DNA from: Balanoglossus misakiensis
Taxonomy: Eukaryota; Animalia; Hemichordata
Direction: 5' to 3'
Length of the DNA stretch: 64,000 nt
NCBI GenBank assembly: GCA_040954595.2
Contig: CM082597.2
Coordinates: 248,001 to 312,000, forward strand
This document shows, one piece after another, positions 51,901 through 64,000 of the stretch. Within the stretch, counting starts at the first letter, position 1; every line of letters starts with the position of its first letter. The position numbers were made by a program, and so were the translations under genes. The notes under the pieces were generated by a model. The model was not told where the DNA came from. It was given only the letters and a program-made list of their open reading frames with translations, and searched no databases.

Positions 51901-54900
51901 GTGATCTGCAAGGAAGCATGCATGCTTTTTTAGTCTGCTGAATAGTCCGTTGAATCCTATTGTATCTGTCAATCATACTTCCATTTACCTAAATAACTCC
52001 TATAAATTTGAATTCCCGTTGATCATGTCAGAAACGTTGATTGGCGTTAAGAAACAGTTGCCAGTTTTTCTGTGATTTTTCTCTTTTCAATGAAATCAGT
52101 GTGTATTGGATTCAACAAAGATAGCACGCTCACATACCTTATCATAAGCTGAGATACAATCATGTTTGACCGTGACTGGATATTGTGATGTCGAAGCTTT
52201 CAGGGATTCCAAATCAGGAAATATTGATAGTGTCATCACATGACTGTTAACTGATGAAGCATGAATGCTTTGAGGCCTGAAAAAAAGACATTAAAATGTT
52301 ACTGCCCTACATAGGTCCCGGCAACTCTACAAATCATCACCTGTCGATTGTGGATTGGTGAGAAAAGTAAGCCACAATTTCATCTCACAGAAGTGTACTA
52401 TAATAATTTGGTTAACACTATGGTGGTTAATAGTATTTTATTTGGAGTGGACTAAACGACGATTATGTATTCTTCACACTTTCTGGTATTCTTGATCTCA
52501 TAATTTACATCACACACAACTATGTCGCCTATTTTTGTGATAAACCTCTTTCTGATTTGAGATAATAAATCTGTCTATCACATGCTAACTGATACAGAGT
52601 ACAATAGCACCATTTAAAGTACACTCACCCAGATGGTGTATCCATGACAACTGTCTGGTTTCCCATCAGGAAGTTATGAAGCGTCTTATACTTTGACGCC
52701 ACTATTGTAACTTTTCCTGCTTCCACTTGATCAATTGCTGAAGCCGGTATTTCGATGTAGGAATCATCTTCAGTTTGGCCATTTGACAATCCAAGACCAT
52801 ACTTGAAACCATTAAAATTTTCAGCTTCAAAGGTAGCGGCCTGCATCTCTGCAAAACATAAATGAGAAGAGATTTTATTGAACATATTAAACAGGTTATA
52901 TGCAAATTCATAAAATGTATTAAAAATCTTATAGTAAACTGGACATCATTCTTAACCCTTTCACCCCTAGTTCCCTCTTTAGAGGTCCAACCTTATCATA
53001 GAGAACAATTGGTTTGGACTGAACCAAAGTGGAGAAAGGGTAAACTCATTTTTCTTACCAATGTTATCTGTGTTAAGACCCACTGATTCTGTTGAATCCG
53101 AATCTTGTAGAAAATGACCAACTAATTCGGCAATAGCATCCACATTTTGGGCAATTTCAAAAGCACCGACCTGTGGGAGGAATATAAATGGTTCACTTAA
53201 GAGAGATTTCAATACGCCAATTGCATTTCTGGAAACGGAAGTGTAGTATTTGAGCAATGGGTCTTGTATGTGTATGCAACACACAAACAATGGAAAAAAT
53301 AGTACAACTTGGATGTGAACTTCAATAGATCTTGTGTATTCAATATGCAAACAAAGTGATAATTTTAGAAGTGACATTTATGCAGTAAAACACCCCGAGG
53401 ACATTTTCAAATGGCACAATTCCGGTATACAGTAAACATTCAGCGTCTGTGATATTCGCAATGGATGTATGATGTCCAAGGACATTTGTCAGACAAAGAA
53501 ACTGAATCAACTTGCATATCTACGGTACAAGTTCGATTTTTAGATCTTTTGTGATGCTAACTGTTGTCATAAGTTCCCGGAATCATGGCATGAGACTTGG
53601 ACATCAGAAATAAAATACTTAACGGCTTTGATGTAATAGTATATGTACAGGACTATACACACAACTGTGCTTCCTTCAATGTACCAAACTGCAATTATTT
53701 AATTAACAAATTAACATATACATGTCTGAAGTATAAAATGTTTGACTGCAGTTACCTGGTTTGTTTCATGTCTTTCTTCCCAAAAGCCTTTCAGTGTAGA
53801 ATTCAGTAAATAGCTGTTGGTTTCCATCAAATCCTACAAAATGTTGAATGACAAAGAAACAAATGTCACCCAGGTGAACTCCTGCGTGCTCAAACGGTTC
53901 CACATTCAAGATAATTGACCACTTTTCGTTCTATTTACTTTAATTGGTTGATGTGAAATCAGTCTACCGATAGCGGTTCAACCTAGGCGTGGATTTCTCA
54001 TATCCGTTGAGTAAATTTGATCAAATATTATCCATGAAAATGATATACATGTACATTTGCCCCAATTCAAACCAATCAGCTACAGATATCAATTGACATT
54101 TCATATTTGTATGCAAGTTAAAACCACAGAAAAGTCTAAATAAATAATAAATAAATAGATTTGTTAAGAACAGTGCAGACATAAATTATGTGATTAAGTC
54201 AGACGCTATCTGATTGTGCAATAAACACTGGCATAATCTCACCTAACCAGCAGTGATAAGATAAGACTTACCTCAAAAATGTCAATGATCTGGTCGTCGC
54301 TAAAATTATTATTCTGTATTTCATTTCCTCTTATAATAGTATTTAAACCGTATAGAACACTTCCCAGCATATCACTGTCTATGGATGGACTGGTTTGTAC
54401 ATCGGACACCGTATTGAGCAAGTGGGATATCTATAACAAAAATAATGCGTGATATTATCAGGCCAAGCTGATCATAAGCGTTGGATATTGATAACACAGG
54501 CCAGGCAATTGCACCCGTCAATATATACACATGGCAAATGAACACCAACCTGGTCAAAAAATTGGAAACGTCAAACAAACAGCTTTTCAACCACTTGGGA
54601 AAATGCTCAAGTCTGGCAGGAAGAGTGTGCTCTAATTATGACTGCAGTTAAGTTAAGTTACATTAAAAATCATGAAATTGGTAAATACAGTGCAACCTGT
54701 CCATAGTGGCCAGTCAAGGGATTTTCCTGAACTGGTCTTTCTATAGTGGCCACTATATAAAGATGACCACTATTTAGAGGTGACCACTAACACTGGTTTG
54801 ACAGTTCGTCCTACATCACCTACCCGATCAACGAGATTACCACCAGTCGTTGTCACATGTTGCTGGGTTGGATGAACTCCTCCATCTGTCGGTGGTTTAG

Positions 54901-57900
54901 TTTCATGCATTCTTTGTGAAACTGGTGGGTAAGGTGCCTGATGGGTAATATGACGTTCTCTGGTGTATTTGATGGCATCTGAGTAACTCTCAGTGGTTGT
55001 GAATGGAATTGCAGCTTCGCCTTTTCCTTGGTTGCCATTTGAAAAAAAATTAGACACAAATCAATGAACACATCATTTCATATGCCACGTTAGTTACAAC
55101 TATTCATGCATGATATTATGAAATTGATATAGAGTCATCTGAGCATTTGTATAAGAGGTTTGAGTTTGCTTACAGTTAAAAGCCAGGTTCCTTGTTTTTA
55201 CAGGTGTGTTCCATTATGAAGATTTGGCGTTTGCTTTATTTCAATGATTTTGAATTTTTCTGATGAATAATACATGTATGAAAGAACATGCTGGAGTGTA
55301 GTTGTATGATGTAACATTCGCATAAATGAGGATGGGGTATGCTTACTTTGAACGTATACATAGAAGTGGCATTCTGCTTTGTTTTGAGCTTCGTCTATTG
55401 CAGTAACATTGACCAGGTGATCACCAACATCAAACCAATCTCTTGATTTATAAGACGCATTAACCTTGACATAACCAGAGTTATCAGATATTGAGATATT
55501 AGTCCATTCTGCCTGTACTGGATCTCCATTTACACTCTCAAGTATCATGTTGCCAGGACAATCAGATATGACAGGTGCCTCATTATCTGTGTAATAAAAA
55601 AGTGAAAAATTATACACTTTAACATGTTCTTTTCTGTCAAAGGGACGGGAAAAGGTGTTCGGTATAGACAGGTTTCCAGATTAGATAGGGTTTGGTTTAG
55701 ACAGGTTTTACTGTAATTGTGTGGCTGTTCAATCAGTATACGTCCACAAAAAATATAAACGTCATTGCAGCCATACCTATAATTTCTATTGAGAAGGTAC
55801 ACGTATCCGATGTACGGCCAAGTGAATCCTGTGCGGTATACACTATTTGTGTGACGCCGATCTCAAAGGAACCTTTTGGTATGTTGAAATCAGAAACAAG
55901 TTGGACAGTTCTATCAGATGACGTTGGTTCCATCCATGACACTGTGGCAGTGTTCTTATTAGGTTCAGTGAATTCGCTGATATCGGTTGGACACCCAACG
56001 ATGATCGAGGTGGGGTTGGCAGATCCTGAAATAATGTAAAATCAGAGAAGAAATTTTATTACCTCACAGATCACTCACTCAATTACTCAATCAATCAATC
56101 AATCACCCAATTGATCGATCAAGCAATCAAATTCTACAATGCTATACACACAATGTAATGAAAATCAGATTTTCTATATAATATTAAAAATGAATGGTGA
56201 AAATCTTACCCGATAATTGCGCAGTGGAGAGCCATACTTTGATTATCAATATCCACAATACCTAAAAAAGAGTAACAAAAAAATGTTAAGTACATCTGGA
56301 ACACATCCACTTCGAAGAGATGGTTGCATAACATACTTATACATTGTATAAAGTATCTACATGTACATACCATATCGAAGCCGTCAGCTGCACTTCGATA
56401 ATATAACAACGAAGGTGTAACATTCTCTGCATAAGGACACGCAAGGTTAACCGTATATAACATCGCGAATCATCTTTTAAACATAAGCAGATTAATGACA
56501 CTGTCTGGCATTTAATTAACTGTCATTTTTAATAAAATATGAGTTCGAACAACACCAACTGAAGACAGAGCCATGCCGACGTCCACTTTTGTTTCGGCTT
56601 GTAATTAGAATTACAAAGGCCACAATAGGAAGAGATAATTACTAGTGGTTTACAATTACGTGATCTCAACTTCACTCTTTTTCTCAATTACCTAATTTTT
56701 TATATGTTTGTTATATTTCAGATCAATTTTTCATCAAATGTTTATACATAGAGATGATTAATTTCATTTTACCAAACGCTCACATCGCCAAGCACTCTGT
56801 TTAACTATTTTCCAAAGATTTGGACTATATGGATTCAATAATAAAGCTAATCGCCTAAAATGTGCCCAAGTTTCATCAGCTTAATATCAGAGGATCAATA
56901 TCTTGTCATTTGCGGAGTTCATCAATTTTATTAGAGAGGACACACAAAGCGCCTACTTTGAACTTTCCCCGTTAATATCCGTTGCTTTTTATCTGCCCTA
57001 TTTGACATTCAACAAGCGTGCACTGATCAAAAACAACACCAGTTTAATGATGAAGAAAAAGACCTAAAGTGTTGTGAATTTAATATGAAACCTCAAAGCA
57101 AGGCATTGAAAATTTCATATAAGTTTTGCTGAGCCTCCAACTGCTTTAATTATGAAACTAAGTTTGAAAGCAGATGCCAATGTGAGTCTGCATGGCTACC
57201 GATTTCTGCTATTTAGGAAAAATGTTTCCACATGATTCCAATAGATGTTGATTTTAAATGAAATTCATTTCTCCTGATGTTAGTACCTGGCAAAGATCTG
57301 TTCTCTTATGTCTGTACATAAAAAGATTGTAACTCACTTCTACAGACCGTAAATAATTTACACAAGTTATAACCACAAGAGTTGCAAGATTACTTACAAA
57401 ACCAGAAAGGAGAAAGATCTCTTCATGGCTATGTTTGATTTGGTTAAGGCATTATTAGAATAATGTGACTAGTATAACAGGTATGGCGCTCTCTGTTATG
57501 GTAGGTTGTACCACTTAATTTAAGCATCATTAAAACCATTTCTTTGATAAAAAGAAAGTACAAGGAAAAGGTTATGTAAATAAAACTCAGCACTGTTCAA
57601 AACGGGTGTGCCTGATTAAATTTTACTGTATTCATTTCAACCTGTCTGAGTGTTCTGGGATTTCCATTAAAGAGATTGGTTTCACAAAGAAAAGAACATA
57701 AAAGACACACTATTCATGTATAGCTTGTAGTACTAGGGGCAATTAAGTTAGATTTTGATGTGTTTGGCAAATACCCGCCGAATTTGTATAGCTTCAATGA
57801 TATGCTTTACAATTCGCACTAATAATATCCGTCAATACGGAACATGACAACACGACTCGCTTCGTCGCACACAGGTACCAACCAATCAGAGAGCGGCACG

Positions 57901-59155
57901 TAAAAGCTTTGATGATTATTATTCCGATAAGTCGTACGTTTTTGATGCGATTGACCTTTATCCGTGAGACAGATCCGACTAGATCTTAATCTTACCCCAC
58001 CTAAGGGAATGAGTTGTTATTGTCATCATTTTCAAGTGAATCTTTGACCCCATATATGTTTTCCTATTAATATGTTTTTACCATTATTTTTAACAGCTGA
58101 TCACAGGCATTCAAAATGAGCATTAATGAGCACAAAATTAATGTTAACAATAATCCAGGAAAATATTTTGTTGCTGGGTTTCTTTGCAAATATTAATAAT
58201 TGCAACACCATGGTAACATGTTGTTATGGAGAAGCAACATGTCCATATTAGGACTTCTCCCATCGTATTAAGTTCAAGACATATGATCATGTTAAATTGC
58301 ACGACTTTCAGTAAATTATCCCGAAAGCAGTGAAAAATGAACAGATCAGTCTAAAATAGTTTCATGTCAAGTATTTCATTTCCCTCAACACACAAGTATT
58401 TTCCGGCACACAGTATACCGGTACATTCGCGAACAAACCTCCTGGCAAGTACGTTTAATGGCGAATCCATATGGAAATACTTAACTCTCCCATATGCTTG
58501 CGAATGCTGAAAATCAAAGGTTGGGCAAATTAAATTATAACAAACACTTCCTAATCAGAAAGTTCATGCCCAAAACCACTAAGCGACAATTTATGTCAGT
58601 GTTGTACCAGGGTATTTGTGAAAGTTTTAGATGCCTTGTTTGGGAAACACATGGAAAAGGTATGTATAACTCCCACATTTTGCGTGGTTTCAGGGTTACT
58701 TTGGTCATGAATGTACACAACCTAGGTTGGTTCAATAATTGACGATTAATTACAAATCATGTACTCCTCCATAGATGGAGTTTGCACATTTCCAAGAAAT
58801 AAGATTATTTCAAACTAAGTACTTTGGGTCATGGTCATGATATCTCAGGTAGACAACAACAATATGCATTTAAATCTGATGGAGGTCTAAGACCGAATGA
58901 ACTCCACTGGAAAATAATCACAAAAAAAGGCTTTTCAATTATCTGATAGCAGATATAGAAACAGACTCTTTCTGAAGAATTCACTGGACACGATTTAGCA
59001 AAATGACACGCGATAGCTTGGTATACCACAGTATGCTTCAAGACATTTGATGCGTTTCCACAGCAGATGTATACATTTGTCCTGCAATATGAACTATAAT
59101 ATAAATGTCCTTTTGTCCATAATGCAAATTGTGGACATACCTTGAAAATTACCAT
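45962..59155 (-). CDS. Adhesion GPCR: signal peptide, 2 HYR domains, Thr-rich stalk, GAIN/GPS, secretin-class 7TM; ~853 aa, ~20 exons (first and last exons less certain)
   Basis: Exons 59155-59141(?), 56261-56210, 56025-55777 (HYR1), 55586-55347 (HYR2), 55026-54824, 54430-54272, 53833-53756, 53170-53059, 52848-52629, 52276-52138, 51779-51745, 50885-50762 (GPS HL|TNFAILM), 50339-50236 (TM1 ILTYIGSALSILG), 49808-49709, 48352-48135 (LHYFYLAVFHWMLVQG), 47756-47690 (CWL..FIGP), 47596-47511, 47307-47181 (LLPILGLTWLFG), 46682-46539 (QGFTVFIFHC) and 46051-45962(?). Phases are consistent throughout; total 2562 nt. Confidence 0.85.
48702..48859. repeat. Tandem duplication, 2 x 79 bp, in an aGPCR intron
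   Basis: acgtacatacataaatacattgattttaatacctaatgtaaatgtgcatatcatttttactttctccatcatgagatgt occurs at 48702-48780 and again at 48781-48859. Confidence 0.92.
51404..51494. mobile_element. ~90-bp MITE-like dispersed element, copy 1 (degenerate left end)
   Basis: Shares the core agttccctctttagaggt.caacctta.cata...ggtttggactgaac...ggtgaagggttaa with the copy at 52952-53044. Confidence 0.7.
52952..53044. mobile_element. ~90-bp MITE-like dispersed element, copy 2, with imperfect terminal inverted repeats
   Basis: Begins ttaaccctttcacc and ends ggagaaagggtaaa. The internal sequence is homologous to 51404-51494. Confidence 0.72.
54686..54805. mobile_element. Short non-autonomous DNA-transposon (Tc1/pogo-type MITE) remnant
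   Basis: Ends ta-cagtgcaacctgt ... actggtttgacagt form degenerate TIRs, with internal subrepeats (gaccacta/tagtggcc). Related TIR ends occur at 55701-55715 (acaggttttactgta) and ~37273-37286 (caggtttgactgta). Confidence 0.55.
55630..55715. mobile_element. Partial MITE-like remnant between the two HYR exons
   Basis: Repeated tagacaggttt units ending acaggttttactg-ta, which resembles the TIR of the 54686-54805 element. Confidence 0.45.
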
Positions 59156-62100
59156 ACGTCTGCTTTAGTGAAAGAGTTGCTGCAGTGTTCGCAGCAATAT
59201 GGAGATATTGAAACACTCTGTAAAAGTCTTAAAATTTCACTTTACAGCTTCGTTGAAATACTAGCGATAAGATAGATACACATCACAGTCGTGTATCTTA
59301 AATTGAGTGGTCATGTTACATGCCTACTACAAAAGGACTGTAACATGAGTGAAAGAGACAGTCGCTACTGGTTGAAAATCCATAGATGGCACAGTCACAT
59401 GAGAGAATTTCTGTAAAACAGCTATATTACAGGTCTGTACCGCAATATAGTTTGTAAACACTTGTGCTGCTTTGGCTGCACTTGGCACATCTGCAGCATT
59501 TGTCTGTGATATCTTTGTACTGGGATGTGTCAAGTATTTTGTTTATAATTAAAAATAGTGCCACTGCTCTCGAGAAATACTGATGTTTCACAAGTTGGAA
59601 ACATGTTTCCAAAATGTTCACAAAGGTTAAACTTTATTTCCAAAGCCTGATCACTAAACCTGGCTTGCAGTAGGACTCAAACCTTTCTCGACAATTCCTT
59701 AATGATATCTGGCATGATGAGATGTTTATCGTTCAATAAAAATCTACATCATATTGTATCCCTTCTTCCTATGATTGACAGCAAATGTCACCAGGGAATT
59801 GTGTCTTTACAAAATCAAAAATATAGCTATTTAATAACACACAATTTCCAGAGTATCAGTGTAATATAAAATACAGTCATCAGCTGATATTCCTATGATA
59901 ACGAGTAGAAGAATTATGTTTGAAAATCTACCGCACTAGACGTGGTTCACATGTAATTGGTGTAAGGTTCCATTTACTAGTAGAATTTCAACAACTACCT
60001 TGGTTATCTTTTCACAAAATTACTTCATCTCATTCAAATCACCTCTTTGGTCACTATGGTAACGCAATGTACGGTTATTGTCTTCCTACGAAATATGATG
60101 TAAATCCTAAGAAATAGGAATTGAAGCAACGTCCTTTTATTGTTAACCAATGGAGAACTTACACGCACCAATTAGAACCAATGTAGCTTGTTAGTGATTT
60201 TCGCAACAATGATCTAGACGCACAGGGATTCTCATGTGTCAAACTTTTCACATGCATTTTGTTATAAAATCACAGAATTGAACGTATTTTTTCGCATCAC
60301 TGACCATAAAGCCTATGCATGATTTCAGGCTGTAGTGTAGGCATTAATTCTAACCTCAAAAGTGATATTTTTAATTTAAGAATAGTTTTAAGAGTTGAAA
60401 TGACATTGAATGAGAGAAATTTTTGCAAACCAAACTCATCACTGAAATCATGATTTAGTAAAACTTGAAACTGCCTTCGACCGTAGTCACTAGCAACATC
60501 AAAACGTATTCATCGTCTTGCCAACCAAACAAACCAAAGTGCATTTCGTCCAATCCTTACACTAATGATAATTCCTTGGCAACCTTGTATTCACGTTTAA
60601 TGCACCACAGATGAACTGGATTATGCTTTGGAAAGATTACTTACCCAATGATGATTATTTCTGTATATTCAGGAAATGCATAGTTATAATAGGCCATTAT
60701 ACAGTGTGAGTAGTCGCGGGTGTTTTGCGCATATATCATCAATTTCTCATGATATTATGTAGAAGTTTACTATCTTATGAAATTCAATGGTCAAGAGTAT
60801 TTGACACTCTCTGCACTGAAAGGTAAATGTGGCATTATAAATAATTCAAATGAGTTAGATATGATATTAATAGTAGATTGGGTATTTTTCTCAATCTCAT
60901 AAAAGCAGCTAATATTTGTACAAACAAGCACCTGCATGTAAATCATGCAGCCCCAATTAATGCTGTTTCCTTGACCAGAAAGCAGAAAGTGTAATGCGCT
61001 GACCGAGCACTGATATACTTAATCTAACTTTGATGCCAGCAGCTCATGAAGTTTAAGATGGGATTTTATTAGAATGAAACACCGTTTTTACGAGATGTAC
61101 TAATCAGAATTACTGTGAGTTAGCTTATATGTCCTTAGACTTGAAGCGGTTTTATATTCACTGATAATGTGCAGATTGCTATAAACCTACATGTACAGTC
61201 ATTTGATAAACAATTTATAATGCACGCTCTACCAGATGATCAGCAAAAATGACACAAGTGGCATTCGTTTAACTTCTGGATTTAAATATGATTAATTAAA
61301 ATGCTTTCCGAAGAAAATGAATATTTCATAATAACTATCACAGTATTTCATGCACTTCAGGATGTTTTATTGAAATGGAAAATTGCAATGTGCTTTTAAC
61401 AGAACCACTCAGATTTTGAGTTACCATTTGAAGTAAGTTATGCAAGCGGTGACGTTTTCTAATACATTCTGCCGTTGGGATGCTAAAATGTATGGCCAGC
61501 AGGAAATATACACACACGGTGTGTTCATGCCACATTTTATTCGTGAAATTCTTAAACTACATTAATGTAGATTTGCAGTAACGCCTTTCGGATCGGATCA
61601 ATTTGAAAACATTACCAGTAATGAATAAGTTTATCAGATGGAGCAATAAAAATCTCAGCTAAGGGTCTCTACACATTAAGCTTTTGATATTCTCAAGAGT
61701 ATTCAGCCTGATATAGAATAAATGGCAGACCAAGATTGCGATGATAAACACCACTAAACTAAATTAATGGAGGTATTTATAGTTTGCAGTGAGGGATGAT
61801 TGATAGCAAAACTTAGAAATATCAGAATGTTAGTAGATGCTAGGATGGTACTGTGCAAATGACCGAGCTGCTAAATTGAACACATGGCTTGCAGCAATTC
61901 AGTAACTGTCATGTAAATATACCCAAAGTGAACATGATGACGAAATTCACGATTGATGAACCGTATACCTCATGAAGAAGATCAGATTGTTGATCATGTG
62001 TCAATATAATGGCAAATAGACTTAGCCAATCCATCAAATTAGAAAGTAGGTTTATATTGTGATGAAGATTACACAAATCACTTTTATATCAGAAGAGTAA

Positions 62101-64000
62101 ATATGAAAACCAAATACTTTACAAATAAACCAAATGCAAATTTTAAATAAATGCTTACCTGGAACTTACAGAGACATAACATGGTGATATGTCTTCAGTA
62201 CGATCAAAGAGTTAAAATGAAGGAAAATCATTACCTTCAACAAGTGACAGTTACGATTGGCATTGGAACGATTACCACGCATGCGTGAATTATAAATATT
62301 CAAGGCGGTGTCTTGCTGTACAAATCTCTTTCTGATCATATTATCTTTTCAAATCATATTCTTAAAAAGTAGTCTTGTCACGCAAATGTGACAAAATATT
62401 TGCGCGCACACATTGTAGTTTTGCGTGAAAACGCAAGAAATATGCATGAACGCGAGCCCTCTCTATCTATATGTTACTTGTCCCTTTGCATGTGCAATGT
62501 GTTAAATATCCACTGATTATTTTTACTTCAATGAGACAACCGCTATGATTTGTTAAACATTTCTTGGTACGGTACAAACCACACATTGAATAAAGACGTC
62601 ATATAACATCTCATTTGGAACGCTGCTGGATGTCCACTTTACAGACTATTGTCTCTGTTTCAAAAGAGATTTAGAAAGCGCTTTTAATAATTTGCAAGGA
62701 AGATCAGCAACCTGTAAAGTGCTTGGTTCATACTGATTAATGTCGATGTGAGAAAGTCTGAAATTTTATAAATGCTGCCCTCTACAAATGAATGTCAGTA
62801 TTTTACTAGAGCAAATAATTTTAATCATAGCTTGGAAAATCAGAAAGCTGATTGAGAAAACTGCATGATGATCAAACAAAGAGCGTTTCTGGGACTGCTT
62901 TATTTTCTGACCCTTTTTTCGGCGTTTTTTCTCTCGATAAATGTTACCAAAACCTATGTATGTTAACTCCAATATATAAGGTGTTAGGCCACTATATCGA
63001 AAATGACGTGGCGCTAGAGGGCGTATGATAGTCTGGAGAAGAAAAATGTTTTTACTTCAGGCATAAACATCACTAGAGGAAAATCATATGCTTCACTTCA
63101 TGAAACTCTTTAGATAGTGGAAATGCGAATTTGATGTTTCTTTCTAGATGAAATCTCTAGATGAAATCTCCTGCCTGGCAACTATATTCTGGATGGTACC
63201 AGGTGTTACAGAGCCCTTTTTGCCAGGTTCTTTATTAATCAATTGAATTCAAATATTGACTGTTTATCAAAGCAGTTCCGCTAAGTTTACTCCTAGACTA
63301 TTGATTGAAGTTATTATTCCAGTTTAACAACATGTGGTATACTTTATTAATTAAGTATTCAACTTATGAGAGCTGAACATGATAATTAAATTATAACCAA
63401 TCATAGTGGTTTGCGCCCAGATGGACTAATTGACTATGGCATAAACAACTGTGCATCTCTTAGTTCTTATAGCAAAGGCCATTTGTGGCAGTGTTATGAT
63501 GCAGCGAAGGTGGGAAATTAGAGAATTTGAGAATTTTGACAGGGCAAACTTCCTAGGCAATAGAAAGATATGAACATTCATGTATATTTTATACGCAATG
63601 TTTCACGATGACAGGGGAAATGCACCCAGTTCTTGGAAATACGCAAGATAAATAATTGAAAAATCTTCGTGTTTTACTACTTGCTGTAATATGACCGTTA
63701 AAGTTTCCAGGAAAATTACATGTTGCCAGGAATCCTCTCTTCAATAAAACTCACTTTAGATACTAGACGATAGTTATTATCTGTGCCTCTATATCCAATC
63801 ATTGCCTCTATTGCAGTGCAAATGCATCGACTATTAACGATAACTTCAATCTTGTGAGAAAAGACCACGGTGATAAGATGAGACAGGAAACTAGAGAAGT
63901 CGCATTTCTTGACAGTTTCGCTAATCACGACTTACACTTTTCCTGATAAACTATGAGCTATAAAGCGTGCAGAGAACATCACTGAAGCACTTTATTGGTC

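Noticed and set aside
56300-64000. Short ORFs in the right-hand 8 kb
   Set aside because: None has domain similarity or a consistent exon chain. They are treated as aGPCR upstream/intronic or intergenic DNA.

Overview
AT-rich, intron-rich animal genomic DNA, not prokaryotic. Gene content and sequence style suggest an invertebrate deuterostome such as a hemichordate (inference only). By reading GT-AG junctions and checking phase by hand I assembled nine protein-coding genes. In order: the 5' part of a Dscam-like Ig gene (-, runs off the left edge); a divergent NR1H-like nuclear receptor (-); TBRG1/NIAM with an extra HARE-HTH-like domain (+); a solitary intronless H2A.X-like histone with a 3' stem-loop and a C-terminus reading SQSLEY (-); ETHE1 persulfide dioxygenase (+); an uncharacterised single-exon 444-aa ORF (+); two convergent 13-exon TRPC-like channel paralogues (+/-); and a HYR-HYR-GAIN-7TM adhesion GPCR (-). 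The window also holds microsatellites, small MITE-like elements, and a long inverted repeat with mirrored CRE sites between the NR and TBRG1 starts. I cannot demonstrate an integrated novel system. The strongest leads are the atypical TRPC pair beside the HYR adhesion GPCR, the HARE-HTH/TBRG1 fusion, the H2A.X SQEY-to-SLEY change, the altered NR P-box and D-box, and apparent ancient linkage with human 11q22-24/19q13 genes. Gene models are manual and lack transcript support.
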